Assembly (NCBI GenBank): GCA_031458695.1
Contig: JAVKJW010000020.1
Location: forward strand, 1-42,898
Origin: Candidatus Thermofontivivens primus
GTDB lineage: Bacteria > Sysuimicrobiota > Sysuimicrobiia > Sysuimicrobiales > Thermofontiviventaceae
Reading direction: 5' to 3'
DNA length: 42,898 bases
The position numbers and the translations under genes were made by a program. Below, in pieces: positions 19,746-29,189 of this stretch (its first letter is position 1; every line of letters begins with the position of its first letter). The notes under the pieces are model-generated. The model was not told the origin of the DNA. It ran no database searches and was given only the letters and a program-made list of their open reading frames with translations.

Positions 19746-20972
19746 TTACTCGCGGAGACCGATCCAGTAGGTCGGCTCCACAGGCTCTCCTGAGGCTGCC
19801 TTTTCCAGAATCTCCACCATCTGCCGCACATCAGGAACAGTGACCTCCCGCCCGCCGAGCCCGCAGATGAACCCCACGACGGCGGGTCTCGCCGAGGCAG
19901 AATAGAGCACAGACCGAATATCGTTGGCCAGTACTCCACTCATGTACGGACTGCCAAGGGAGAAGTCCCTGTCAATCACCCCAACCGCCTTGAACCGGGA
20001 GAGGCACGCCTGAAGTTCCTGGGTGGCCATGGGGCGGAACCAGCGGATGCGCACGAACCCTACTTTCTTACCCTTCTGGCGCATCTGGCGCACGGCCACC
20101 TTCACCGGCATGGAAAGAGTCCCCATCCCCACGAGGACGACTTCAGCGTCCTCCGTCTGGTACTCTTCGAAGAAAGGATTCCCATACACCCGGCCGAAGG
20201 TGTTCTCGAAGTCCCGGTAGGCCTCCTCGATCACTCCTTTAGCCCTCCGCATAGCCTCGTCGGTCTGCTTGCGGATCTCCATAAGCCAGTCCTCGTTCAC
20301 CTGAGGGGCAATGGTGATGGGGTTGTCTGGGTGCAGGAGGAGGTCACCCCGGTCATACCGGGGGAGGAATTTCTGCACCTTCGACTTGGGAGGGATCCTG
20401 ACCAGGGATTGCGAGTGCGTGAGGAAGGCCCCATCACACCCGATGGCGCACGGGAGAAAAACTCGTCGGTCCTCAGCCACCCGCCACGCGATGAGCGCGG
20501 TATCCAGGGCTTCCTGCGCGGTATCCACCCAGACCAGCATCCAACCCAAGTCCCGCACCGCCAGGGCGTCGTTGTGTTCGACGCCGAACGCGCCCGGATC
20601 GTCGAGCGCGCGGTTCCCTACCATGGCCACGACGGGAAGCCGGAGCGCCGGCGTCACGGTGAGGGCCTCGAAAGCGTACATCCAGCCCACCCCACTCGAC
20701 CCGCAAAACACGCGTGCACCTACCGCTGCGGCATGCTTGACGATCTCGAACTGGGAGTGCTCGCTCTCCGCCACGATGTACTCGCAGTCGAGCTCCCCGT
20801 TCGCCACGAGCTTGGCCACGTACTGCATCACGGTATCGTAGGGACGGATCGGGTAAGCGGTGATCACGTCAACATCAGCGAGCTTGCAGGCCACGGCGAT
20901 GGCCTCGCTTCCACTAATCAGTGCCTCCTCTTCCTGCTCCTGCTCAAGTACCACTGTCTCCGGTACATCCAT
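19746..20972 (-). CDS. 2-oxoacid:ferredoxin oxidoreductase alpha subunit, YPIRP type
   Basis: ISGSEAIA, AYPIRPY, ESEH, GSSGVG, NRAL, IRWFRP, GLGGREV. Confidence 0.9.
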   Translation of the reverse strand: MDVPETVVLEQEQEEEALISGSEAIAVACKLADVDVITAYPIRPYDTVMQYVAKLVANGELDCEYIVAESEHSQFEIVKHAAAVGARVFCGSSGVGWMYAFEALTVTPALRLPVVAMVGNRALDDPGAFGVEHNDALAVRDLGWMLVWVDTAQEALDTALIAWRVAEDRRVFLPCAIGCDGAFLTHSQSLVRIPPKSKVQKFLPRYDRGDLLLHPDNPITIAPQVNEDWLMEIRKQTDEAMRRAKGVIEEAYRDFENTFGRVYGNPFFEEYQTEDAEVVLVGMGTLSMPVKVAVRQMRQKGKKVGFVRIRWFRPMATQELQACLSRFKAVGVIDRDFSLGSPYMSGVLANDIRSVLYSASARPAVVGFICGLGGREVTVPDVRQMVEILEKAASGEPVEPTYWIGLRE

Positions 20973-21063
20973 CCCAGCTCTCCCTCCTCATCCTCACCTG
21001 TCGCGTTGTTCGCTTGTTCCTTTGTCCTGGAAGGCAGGCACAGAAGGCCCGCCTCCGATCCCT

Positions 21064-22212
21064 TCACCTTTCTTCAGCGATGCTCGCCAGCTCTTTCTCG
21101 TATTGGCCACGGTACTGGAAGCCATGGGACCGCGGCGGCCGAGACCTCCGCAGCTCGTCCACCCACTTGGCGTAGGCCTGCTTGTCCTGCTTCCACATCT
21201 TCCACTGGCTCTTGTGGTCGGTGAAGTTCGTCTCATGGATCATCGTGATGCACCCATCCACAGGGCAGACCGCTTCACAAACCCCGCACCCGCAGCAGGT
21301 ATCCAGGTTCACATCGTAGTACCCGTCGGGGGTGACGTTGTAGCATGTATCGGGGCACTGCAGCCAGCAGAGTGTGCACTTGACGCACTTGTCGAAATCC
21401 ACCACGGGGCGCATCGTACGGGTGCTGAACTTCTTGAAATAGGGGTTGGGGGTAGCAGCGAACCCGCCCTCCTCGTTATACTTTCCTCCCACGGGGATGG
21501 CAGGGATGGCGATCCCTTCGCGCATCTCGTACCATCTCGGCAATACAAAAGAGTACGGCTCCTCGGGGTTCCCCTCATGAGGAAGAACCTTCCGCATGGT
21601 GATGCGGCTGTAGGACTTCTCAGCGGATGTAGCCTTGAGCTCGTTCTTCCATTCGCGGAGGATCATCTGCTGGATGGAGCCCAGGGAGACCATCTCTGGT
21701 GCTACTCTAGCCACGGCTCCCAGCACCCGGACGTCGGTATGGTCGTCCTTGTAGACCCAGAGACCAGAGAAGCTCGCAGCTCCTTTCACGATGGCGAGGT
21801 TGTATTCGTAGGGCTTGCGGTGGATGAATTTGATCAGCTCATCTGGTTCAAGGAGGGAAGTCACGATCAGAGTCCCCCCGGGTTTGAGGAGTTTGTTAAT
21901 GGGCTGCAGACCATACCACGCCCAAGACTCCACCCCTTTACACAGGGTATCATCGAGGACGATGGTGACGTCTACTTCTTTGGGCTCGTATTGAGCCATG
22001 CTCTCTTGGAGGATCTCCTCGTTGGGCGCCACGATGGCGAATTGCTTCGCCGGGATCCCGTTGCGTTCTGGGGAATCGCCGTAACGGCCGAAGGCGATCC
22101 CCACCTTCCCTTCCCGCCGGGCCGCAAGAACAATTCCCCGGGCGATGTTCTTGGCCAGGTTCTTCTGGAAGATGCCGCGGTACACGATCTCTACTGCATA
22201 GGACCTCTCCAT
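21064..22212 (-). CDS. 2-oxoacid:ferredoxin oxidoreductase fused gamma/delta subunit with two [4Fe-4S] clusters
   Basis: N-terminal gamma-like region (YGDSPERNGIP); C-terminal CVKCTLCWLQCPD and CCGCGVCEAVCP. Confidence 0.88.
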   Translation of the reverse strand: MERSYAVEIVYRGIFQKNLAKNIARGIVLAARREGKVGIAFGRYGDSPERNGIPAKQFAIVAPNEEILQESMAQYEPKEVDVTIVLDDTLCKGVESWAWYGLQPINKLLKPGGTLIVTSLLEPDELIKFIHRKPYEYNLAIVKGAASFSGLWVYKDDHTDVRVLGAVARVAPEMVSLGSIQQMILREWKNELKATSAEKSYSRITMRKVLPHEGNPEEPYSFVLPRWYEMREGIAIPAIPVGGKYNEEGGFAATPNPYFKKFSTRTMRPVVDFDKCVKCTLCWLQCPDTCYNVTPDGYYDVNLDTCCGCGVCEAVCPVDGCITMIHETNFTDHKSQWKMWKQDKQAYAKWVDELRRSRPPRSHGFQYRGQYEKELASIAEER

Positions 22213-22289
22213 AGATCTCCTCCCTTCTGCCTATCTCAGAACCTTCTCCTGCCATGCTTGGGGACGCTGCAACGCACTTAACCCTTTCC

Positions 22290-23015
22290 TTACCTGCTTT
22301 CCACTTCCTGGAGGACTGGTGTCCCAAGGAGGATCTCTTCAATCTCCTCAATGTGCTTGAACATCGCCTCTGCGGCAGCTTCCCCGTCCCTCCTCTGGAT
22401 CGCCTGAAGGATACGCTTGTGGCCTTGGAGGGAGCGGGCGGGCCGTCCCTCGATCTGCAGGGCTCGTTCCCGGCTTTCCCGCAGGAGATCCATCAGGACG
22501 TCCACAACCCGAAGGGTTACTTGGTTCCTGCTGGCCTTGGCGATGGTGTAGTGGAATTCGTCGTCCTCCTCAATGGCCACCTCCCCCCTCTGGACCTTCT
22601 CCTCCTGACGAGCAACGATGGATTGGAGCTTCTCGATCTCCTCCGGAGACGCCCGCAAGGCAGCATACCGGGCTACATTGGGCTCGAACATCTTCCGGAC
22701 TTCCAGCAATTCAGCGAGGAGCGCCTTCTTCGCAGTCAGGATTGTTGTCAGAGGGGCGGTGAGGATATCCGGGGAGACTTCTTTGATGAGGGTTCCTTCA
22801 CCGTGGCGGGGTTCGACGAGCCCTAGAAGTTCCAGAACCCGGATCGCATCACGTATCGAGGTCCTGCTGACCCCGAACACCTCCGCGAGCTCGCGTTCTG
22901 GAGGGAGGTAATCCCCAGGTTTCAGGCGTCCTTCGAGGATGAGGCGCTGGATGCGGCTCGCGACCTCTTCGTAGACCTTTGTCTTCCGCACTGGGCCGAG
23001 GACGCCTTTTTCCAC
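22290..23015 (-). CDS. FadR/GntR family transcriptional regulator
   Basis: LKPGDYLPPERELAEVFGVSRTSIRDA HTH and FCD domain (DEFHYTIA..SRN). GTG 23015 follows SD AGAGGAG. Confidence 0.93.
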   Translation of the reverse strand: MEKGVLGPVRKTKVYEEVASRIQRLILEGRLKPGDYLPPERELAEVFGVSRTSIRDAIRVLELLGLVEPRHGEGTLIKEVSPDILTAPLTTILTAKKALLAELLEVRKMFEPNVARYAALRASPEEIEKLQSIVARQEEKVQRGEVAIEEDDEFHYTIAKASRNQVTLRVVDVLMDLLRESRERALQIEGRPARSLQGHKRILQAIQRRDGEAAAEAMFKHIEEIEEILLGTPVLQEVESR

Positions 23016-23060
23016 GAGATCGTCTCCTCTTCTTGAGTCCTGATCCAACCCGCCCAGGAA

Positions 23061-23122
23061 AGGTCTAGTGGTATGGTGGTCTGCTTGTATACAATTTACC
23101 CCCTTTACCTCTCCTCTGTCAA
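23061..23122 (-). promoter_or_regulatory. Promoter and GntR/FadR-type operator array
   Basis: TTGACA (23122-23117), 18 bp, TAAATT (23098-23093); palindrome TTGTATACAA at 23085-23094; tandem GGT half-sites at 23061-23084. Confidence 0.7.
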
Positions 23123-23209
23123 GGGGCTCCACTCCCTGAGTTCCAAGAAATCTTTCTGCCTTCTCACCTGAACGCGGCAGGGCCCTCGAGGGGTGGACGA
23201 TCGGGGTCC

Positions 23210-24400
23210 TCACCCGGCGATGGTGAGCGACTCGAGGTCCCTAGGATAGTACGTGAGCATCTCAAACCCTGATTCGGTCACGACGATGGTATCGGAGTGC
23301 CGGAACCCAGCGAATCCAGGAATGTAGATCCCGGGCTCGACGCTGAAGACCATGCCTGGCTCCATGATGGTCTCGTCGCCGATGTCCAGAAAGGGCGCTT
23401 CGTGAACTCCGATCCCGAGGGCATGGCCAGTGTGATGACGCCAGTAGGGCATGAGCCCATGTTTCTCGAAGTAGGCGCGGACGGCACGGTCCACCTCCGC
23501 GCAGGAGCGTCCCGGTCGGATTGCCTCCAGCGCTGTTTCCTGAGCGCCTACCATGAGGCTGAAATACCGCCTATGTTCCTCGCGAACCGGTGCCACGACC
23601 ATCGTCCGCTCTAGCTCACAGGAATAGCCTCCCACCGTCGCGGACGCCTCACTGACCAGCACGTCCCCCGGTCGGATGCGCGCGTGGGTGGTGAGGGCAT
23701 GGGGGATGGCTGATTGCGCACCTACCTGTCCCCGATACCCTGCAGAGGCTCCCGAAGATCCCCAGCTCAATGGGCGGTACGCCGGGCCAAGGGCCCTCGC
23801 CATGACGAGGGTAGCCTCAAAGGAAGCGCGCATAGCTACCTCGCTCTCTAAAACCCCCGGCCGTGTATACTCCTGGAGGAGCGCATGGGCAAGGTGGGCC
23901 CACCGGGCACTTTCCCGGATGAGCTCGATCTCCGCAGGAGATTTGATCTTCATCATTTCCTCGACGAGATCACGGGCAGAGAGAACTTTCACTTCAGGAA
24001 GGACCTCGACGAGGCGCGGCCCCGTGTATCCCATCCCGCCCGGGTACCCTTCACCATCGGATCCGATGCATGCCCTGGCGAGGCCCATTTCCCTCAGGAC
24101 GTTGGCCAGGAGGAGCATGGGGTGTTCCTCGGAAGGATACTCTGGATATGCCACTACCCTGTCTACCACGGCTTCGGCGCTGGCATGTTCCTCCTCAAGG
24201 CGTGGGACAAACAGCACCGGGGAACCTTCCACGAGAATGAGGGCGATGGGTCTCTCGGTAGGGATGAAGGCGAACCCTGTGAGGTAAAAGATCTGGGATG
24301 GGCTGAACAGGACGAGGGCATCGAGTCCTCGTTGGCGCGCCTTCTCCCAGGCCCGGTGCATCCGTCCCCGGTGTTCCTCAGGAGATATTTGAAGTCGCAT
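23210..24400 (-). CDS. M24 family (Xaa-Pro peptidase/creatinase fold) hydrolase
   Basis: IKSPAEIELIR, GYSCELERT, HHTGHALG, HEAP, FSVEPGIY; ATG 24400 with SD. Confidence 0.88.
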   Translation of the reverse strand: MRLQISPEEHRGRMHRAWEKARQRGLDALVLFSPSQIFYLTGFAFIPTERPIALILVEGSPVLFVPRLEEEHASAEAVVDRVVAYPEYPSEEHPMLLLANVLREMGLARACIGSDGEGYPGGMGYTGPRLVEVLPEVKVLSARDLVEEMMKIKSPAEIELIRESARWAHLAHALLQEYTRPGVLESEVAMRASFEATLVMARALGPAYRPLSWGSSGASAGYRGQVGAQSAIPHALTTHARIRPGDVLVSEASATVGGYSCELERTMVVAPVREEHRRYFSLMVGAQETALEAIRPGRSCAEVDRAVRAYFEKHGLMPYWRHHTGHALGIGVHEAPFLDIGDETIMEPGMVFSVEPGIYIPGFAGFRHSDTIVVTESGFEMLTYYPRDLESLTIAG

Positions 24401-24462
24401 CCCTCCCCCTCCTTGGGATCCCGCAAAATGCATGGTGGTGTACGGGATCCTCACAGGAATAC

Positions 24463-25356
24463 TCACAGGATTCCACGCAACCTTGGGTCTAATGCGTCCC
24501 GCAACCCGTCACCCAGCAGGTTGAACCCTATCACCGCAAGGAAGATGGCAAGCCCTGGGAATGTCGCGGTATACGGGCTGTGGAAGATATACAACCTGCC
24601 CTCCCCAAGCATCGCCCCCCATTCTGGGGTGGGAGGTTGTACGCCCAGGCCGAGGAACCCAAGTCCTGCCGCAACCAGAATTGTAATCCCCATACTGAGT
24701 GTAGCCTGGACAATGACAGGGGCAAGGGCGTTGGGCAGGACGTGACGGAATAGGATCCAAAGGTCTGGCGCGCCGATGGCTTGCGCAGCTTCCACGTAGA
24801 CCTGTTCGCGGATGCTCAGGACCGACCCGCGGACGATCCTGCTAAACCTTGGAACGGTACTGATCCCCACTGCCACGATGACATTCGTAAGCCCCACACC
24901 CAAGAGCGCCACAAGGGCCAGGGCGAGCAGGAAGCTCGGGAAGGCCAGCATGATATCGACGAGGCGCTGGATCACAAGGTCGACCCCTCCCCTGTAATAC
25001 CCAGAGACAACGCCCAGGGGGACACCGATCGCCAAACCAAAGGCAACTGCCAAGACACCGATGAACAAGGAGAGGCGGCCTCCATAGAGGATCCGCGCGA
25101 GGAGATCCCTCCCTAAGTGGTCGGTCCCAAGGGGATGCTCCAGGGAAGGCGGCAAAAGCACCTGGTTGAGATCCTGCTGGACCGGGTCGTGAGGAGTCAA
25201 CAAGGGAGCCAAGACGGCCGCCAACGCCAAGGCCACGACGATGGCCAACCCCACGAGGGCCGCCCTGTGCCGGGTCAACCGACCCCAAACTTCGGGGACT
25301 CCTCGGATGTGTTCACTCGTAACGAATTCGCGGATCGATGAGACCATAGAGTACAT
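24463..25356 (-). CDS. Dpp/Opp-type ABC permease, DppC-like (start ATG 25356 or 25347)
   Basis: HPLGTDHLGRD, EAA loop (YVEAAQAIGA), FLGLG..PPTPEWG, NLLGDGLRDALDPR. Confidence 0.92.
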   Translation of the reverse strand: MYSMVSSIREFVTSEHIRGVPEVWGRLTRHRAALVGLAIVVALALAAVLAPLLTPHDPVQQDLNQVLLPPSLEHPLGTDHLGRDLLARILYGGRLSLFIGVLAVAFGLAIGVPLGVVSGYYRGGVDLVIQRLVDIMLAFPSFLLALALVALLGVGLTNVIVAVGISTVPRFSRIVRGSVLSIREQVYVEAAQAIGAPDLWILFRHVLPNALAPVIVQATLSMGITILVAAGLGFLGLGVQPPTPEWGAMLGEGRLYIFHSPYTATFPGLAIFLAVIGFNLLGDGLRDALDPRLRGIL

Positions 25357-26242
25357 CCACCAACAGGTTCACAAGGGCAAATAGGCACGCAAAGATGAGA
25401 ACGATCCCCTGGACGACGGGATAGTCGCGGGAGAAAATGGAATCCACAAGTAACCGACCAACCCCCGGCCAGCTGAACACGGACTCCGTGAGCACAGCCC
25501 CTCCTAAGAGCTCGCCGAACTGGAGCCCAATCACTGTGAGGATAGGGATCATGGCATTCCTCAAAGCATGCCGGTAGAGCACCACCAGTGCGGAGAGCCC
25601 CTTGGCCCAGGCGGTCCTGATGTAATCCTGCCGAAGGACCTCCAGCATGCTCGACCGCGTCATCCGAGCCACGAAGGCCACGGAGAACGCCGCCAAGGTC
25701 AGGGAGGGAAGGACAAGGCTGGAGGGCTGGTCCGCCCCGGCGGCGGGAAACCATCGCAGGTGAATGGCAAAGATGATGATCAGGATGATCCCCAGCCAGT
25801 ACACCGGCATGGAGATGCCGAAGAGGACAAGGGCGGAGATGCTGAAATCCAAGGAGGAGTGAGCCTTCGTGGCCGCAATGGTCCCCAGGGGGATCCCCAC
25901 GGCTGCAGCGATGAAGGTGCTCGCCGCCGCAAGCTTGACTGTGGCTGGGAGGCGGCTCAGGATCTCTCGCATGACTGGTTCAGAGGTACGCGCAGAGATC
26001 CCCAGATCGCCACGCAGGAGGCTGGCGAGGAAGTAGACAAACTGTGTCGGTAGTGGCTTGTCCAGGTTGAGCTGAACTCGGATCCTCTGTACATCCTCCT
26101 CGCTGGCAAATACACCCGCAATGACCCGAGCGGGATCCCCCGGGAGCAAGCGAACGAGGAGGAAGACAATGAGGGCGACAAAGAAAAGCGTGACAGCGAG
26201 GGCCAAGATACGTTGCACGATGTAGCGGAGAAGGCCCGACAT
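25313..26242 (-). CDS. Dpp/Opp-type ABC permease, DppB-like
   Basis: LLPGDPA, RSSMLEVLRQDYIRTAWAKGL, TESVFSWPGVG, IDPRIRY. Confidence 0.93.
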   Translation of the reverse strand: MSGLLRYIVQRILALAVTLFFVALIVFLLVRLLPGDPARVIAGVFASEEDVQRIRVQLNLDKPLPTQFVYFLASLLRGDLGISARTSEPVMREILSRLPATVKLAAASTFIAAAVGIPLGTIAATKAHSSLDFSISALVLFGISMPVYWLGIILIIIFAIHLRWFPAAGADQPSSLVLPSLTLAAFSVAFVARMTRSSMLEVLRQDYIRTAWAKGLSALVVLYRHALRNAMIPILTVIGLQFGELLGGAVLTESVFSWPGVGRLLVDSIFSRDYPVVQGIVLIFACLFALVNLLVDVLYGLIDPRIRYE

Positions 26243-27441
26243 CAGCTTCTGACCCCCAGGAACTCGCAGAGGATCCCAGCGTACACCTTGGCTCCTCGCA
26301 CGAGCTGCTCTATCGAGATATACTCATCGCGGGTATGGGCCTGCTCCAGCCCTCCCGGGCCAAGAATCACAGTGGGGATCCTGGCGCGGTTGATGAGGAA
26401 CCTCGCATCTGTGGTCCCCGGGATCCCCCTCGGGATGACCTCCTCCCCCAACACTGCGCTTGCCACAAGGCGGGAAACCTGGACAATCGAGGCATCCGGG
26501 GGGATCTCGCTGGGCTCAGCCTCCTGCACAACGGCCGCCTCGATCCGTGCATCCGGGTGGCGAGCCTGAAACTCCTCGACCACGGCGCGCACCTGACGCC
26601 GGATCGCCTCCGGGTCCTCCCCTGGTACGACCCGGCGGTCCACGGTAGCCTCGGCATAGTCGGGGATGACGTTCGTCTTGATTCCCCCTGAAATCATTGT
26701 GATGGCCAGGGTGGGGCGGCCGACCAGAGGATGGGTCCGGTCCAGGGGGATCCGGCGGAGCATTCCCAGGAATTCTAGGAGATTTTCGATAGCGTTTACG
26801 CCGAGATGGGGGGCGGAGGCGTGACAGCTCACACCGCGGGAGATGAACTTCCACCACTGGAGCCCCTTCGCAGCGATGACCGGGACGAGACCGGTGGGCT
26901 CCCCACAGATGGCTGCATCTGCAGGGATTGGAAGGTGCTCTACGAGGTAGCCCGTGCCGAGGGGGCCTAGCATCTCCTCGTCGGCCACGGCCTGCAGCAC
27001 GAGCTCCCCCTCAAGCTGGAAGCCAGCCTCCCGGATCGCTGCAACTGCGCCTAGCAACGCAGCAAACGCACCCTTCATGTCACAGGCCCCGCGGCCGAAG
27101 ATCCGATCTCCCTCCCGTTTCCCAGAGAACGGATCGTGCTGCCACGCCTCCCCATCCCCCACAGGGACGACGTCGAGGTGCCCGTTCCAGATCAACCTCC
27201 GACCTCCTGGATTTCCCCACCTGGCCACTAGACTTACCTTTCCAGGAGAGGGCTCGACCTGCTGGAAATCCTGGAACCCTGCCTCCTCCAGGAAGCGGCG
27301 CAGGACTGCCACGGCCTCAAAGGTTTCCCCTGGCGGGTTCACGCTGGGAACCCGCACGAGGGTTTGTACGATCTCTACGATCCACCCCTCATTGACCGTC
27401 GCCCAGATCCGCTTAAGTTGAGGCCCGGAGGTCAGTTCCAT
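26242..27441 (-). CDS. M20 family ArgE/DapE-like deacylase
   Basis: NGHLDVVP, GRGACDMKG, ADEE, GEPT and AHTRDEY metal and catalytic motifs. Confidence 0.9.
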   Translation of the reverse strand: MELTSGPQLKRIWATVNEGWIVEIVQTLVRVPSVNPPGETFEAVAVLRRFLEEAGFQDFQQVEPSPGKVSLVARWGNPGGRRLIWNGHLDVVPVGDGEAWQHDPFSGKREGDRIFGRGACDMKGAFAALLGAVAAIREAGFQLEGELVLQAVADEEMLGPLGTGYLVEHLPIPADAAICGEPTGLVPVIAAKGLQWWKFISRGVSCHASAPHLGVNAIENLLEFLGMLRRIPLDRTHPLVGRPTLAITMISGGIKTNVIPDYAEATVDRRVVPGEDPEAIRRQVRAVVEEFQARHPDARIEAAVVQEAEPSEIPPDASIVQVSRLVASAVLGEEVIPRGIPGTTDARFLINRARIPTVILGPGGLEQAHTRDEYISIEQLVRGAKVYAGILCEFLGVRS

Positions 27442-27444
27442 AGA

Positions 27445-28986
27445 TCACCGTACGGGTTCGGCGTAAACGGCGTAGAACTTCTCGTTGGGCAAGGAGGAGA
27501 TATTGGTAACCTTCGCCGAGTATACGATGGGGAAGCGCTGGACCCATAGGAAGATCCATGGTGCTTCGTCCCAGATGATCTTGGAAGCTTGGCAGTAGAG
27601 GTCCTTGCGCCTCTCTGGGTTCACCTCCTTGCTTGCTGCCTCGATCAGCTCGTCTACGCGTGGATTCTTATAAAATGTGGTGGCAAGCCCTGCAGGAGGC
27701 CACTGGGTGGACCAGAATTGCAGCATCTGCTGGTGGGCGTCCAGGTAAGCTGGGGCCCATCCCAGAAGGTGCATCTGCGTCTGGTTCTCCGGCAAGGGCT
27801 TGGTGATCGTTGCGATGTAGGAGGGCCAGTCCATAGTCCGCACATTGACCCTCAGCCCGGCCTCACGGAGATAGCCGGCGATGGCCTGAGCAGCCTGGAA
27901 GTCCTGGAGGTAGCGGCCGGTGGGGGTGAGCAGCTCGACCTCGGTCCCTGCGCTGATTCCCGCTTCCGCCAGGAGGCTCTTCGCCTTAGAGGGGTTGTAC
28001 GGGTAGGTCCCAGTCTTGCAGTAGCCAAACAAAACAGGAGGCATGGGAGCGTCGAGGGGGTCGGCAGCGCCAAAGAGGATACTCCGGATGATGGCACCCT
28101 TGTTGATGGCGTAGTTGAGAGCCTGCCGTGCTTCCTTCTTCTGGAACGGGGGCCGCTGCGTATTGATGGCGATGAAGATGCTGCGGTCCCCCTTGGCAAG
28201 GAGCACCTTCACATTCGGGTTTTTCTGAAGGGCAGGAATGTCCGCGGCAGGAGGCAGGATGATCATCTCGACCTGACCAGCGAGGAGCAAGCTCTCCCGC
28301 GAAGTGGCCTCAGGGACAATCTGCACGACGACCCTGTCGTAGAAGGGCTTCTTCCCCCAGTACCGGGGGAACTTTTCTAGAACAATCCGCTCGCCCTTCA
28401 CACGGGACCCAAACACATAAGGCCCGGTCCCAATGGGGTGCACAATGTTCTCATAGGTATTCCCAAACTTCCCCACCGAAGCCGGAGAAACGATGCCCAC
28501 CGTTGTCCAGGTCATGGCAGCGACAAGGTAGGCGGCAGGATCTTTTAGCACTAGCCGAACTGTCAAGGGATCCACCACTTCCACGCGCGAGATCGGGATA
28601 TAGGGTGCCCTGATGGGGACGCGCACTTTGGGGTCCAACACGCGGTCAAGGTTCCACTTCACCGCTTGGGCCGTAAGCGGAGTCCCATCGTGAAACCGGA
28701 CGTTCTTCCGCAATGTGAACGTCACACTCTTTCCGTCTGGCGAAACGGCCCAGGATTCGGCCAGGAGCGGTTGGGTCTTCCCTTCCGAGTCCATGGTCGT
28801 AAGCGTCTCTACCACATAGTCCAGCACATTTGCAGCTGTGGTTGTGGTGGTCTGCGCGGGATCAAGGGTATCAGGGTCGATGCCGATGGCAATCCGGAAG
28901 GTCGTCGGGGCCGGAGCGGCAGATCCTCCATATGCGGCAGCGAACCCGAGTACAAGCGCAACGGCCAAAATGAGTATCCTTCGCAT
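27445..28986 (-). CDS. ABC transporter substrate-binding protein, family 5 (DppA/GsiB-like)
   Basis: PLLAESW, LRKNVRFHDGTP, PIGTGPY, RQALNYAIN; signal peptide. Confidence 0.92.
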   Translation of the reverse strand: MRRILILAVALVLGFAAAYGGSAAPAPTTFRIAIGIDPDTLDPAQTTTTTAANVLDYVVETLTTMDSEGKTQPLLAESWAVSPDGKSVTFTLRKNVRFHDGTPLTAQAVKWNLDRVLDPKVRVPIRAPYIPISRVEVVDPLTVRLVLKDPAAYLVAAMTWTTVGIVSPASVGKFGNTYENIVHPIGTGPYVFGSRVKGERIVLEKFPRYWGKKPFYDRVVVQIVPEATSRESLLLAGQVEMIILPPAADIPALQKNPNVKVLLAKGDRSIFIAINTQRPPFQKKEARQALNYAINKGAIIRSILFGAADPLDAPMPPVLFGYCKTGTYPYNPSKAKSLLAEAGISAGTEVELLTPTGRYLQDFQAAQAIAGYLREAGLRVNVRTMDWPSYIATITKPLPENQTQMHLLGWAPAYLDAHQQMLQFWSTQWPPAGLATTFYKNPRVDELIEAASKEVNPERRKDLYCQASKIIWDEAPWIFLWVQRFPIVYSAKVTNISSLPNEKFYAVYAEPVR

Positions 28987-29189
28987 CTTCCGTCCCCCCT
29001 CCTCGATGATGGATAATACTATATTTTTACTCTACCATCTCCTCTCTTCCTCCCACAAGACAAGCTCCTTGAGGACTAAGGAAAACGAAAGAAGGGAATA
29101 GGCGGAACAGATCCATCCTTTCAGTCGGAGGCCGATCATCCGATTTTTACATATCAAGCATACCGAGCAATGGTGTCAAGGGACTTCGT

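Noticed and set aside
20860..22281. 473-aa plus-strand ORF, and the similar 33946-35235
   Set aside because: Shadow ORFs opposite well-supported genes.
29150..29179. TTGACA on the minus strand upstream of the DppA-like gene
   Set aside because: No acceptable -10 element at 16-18 bp spacing.
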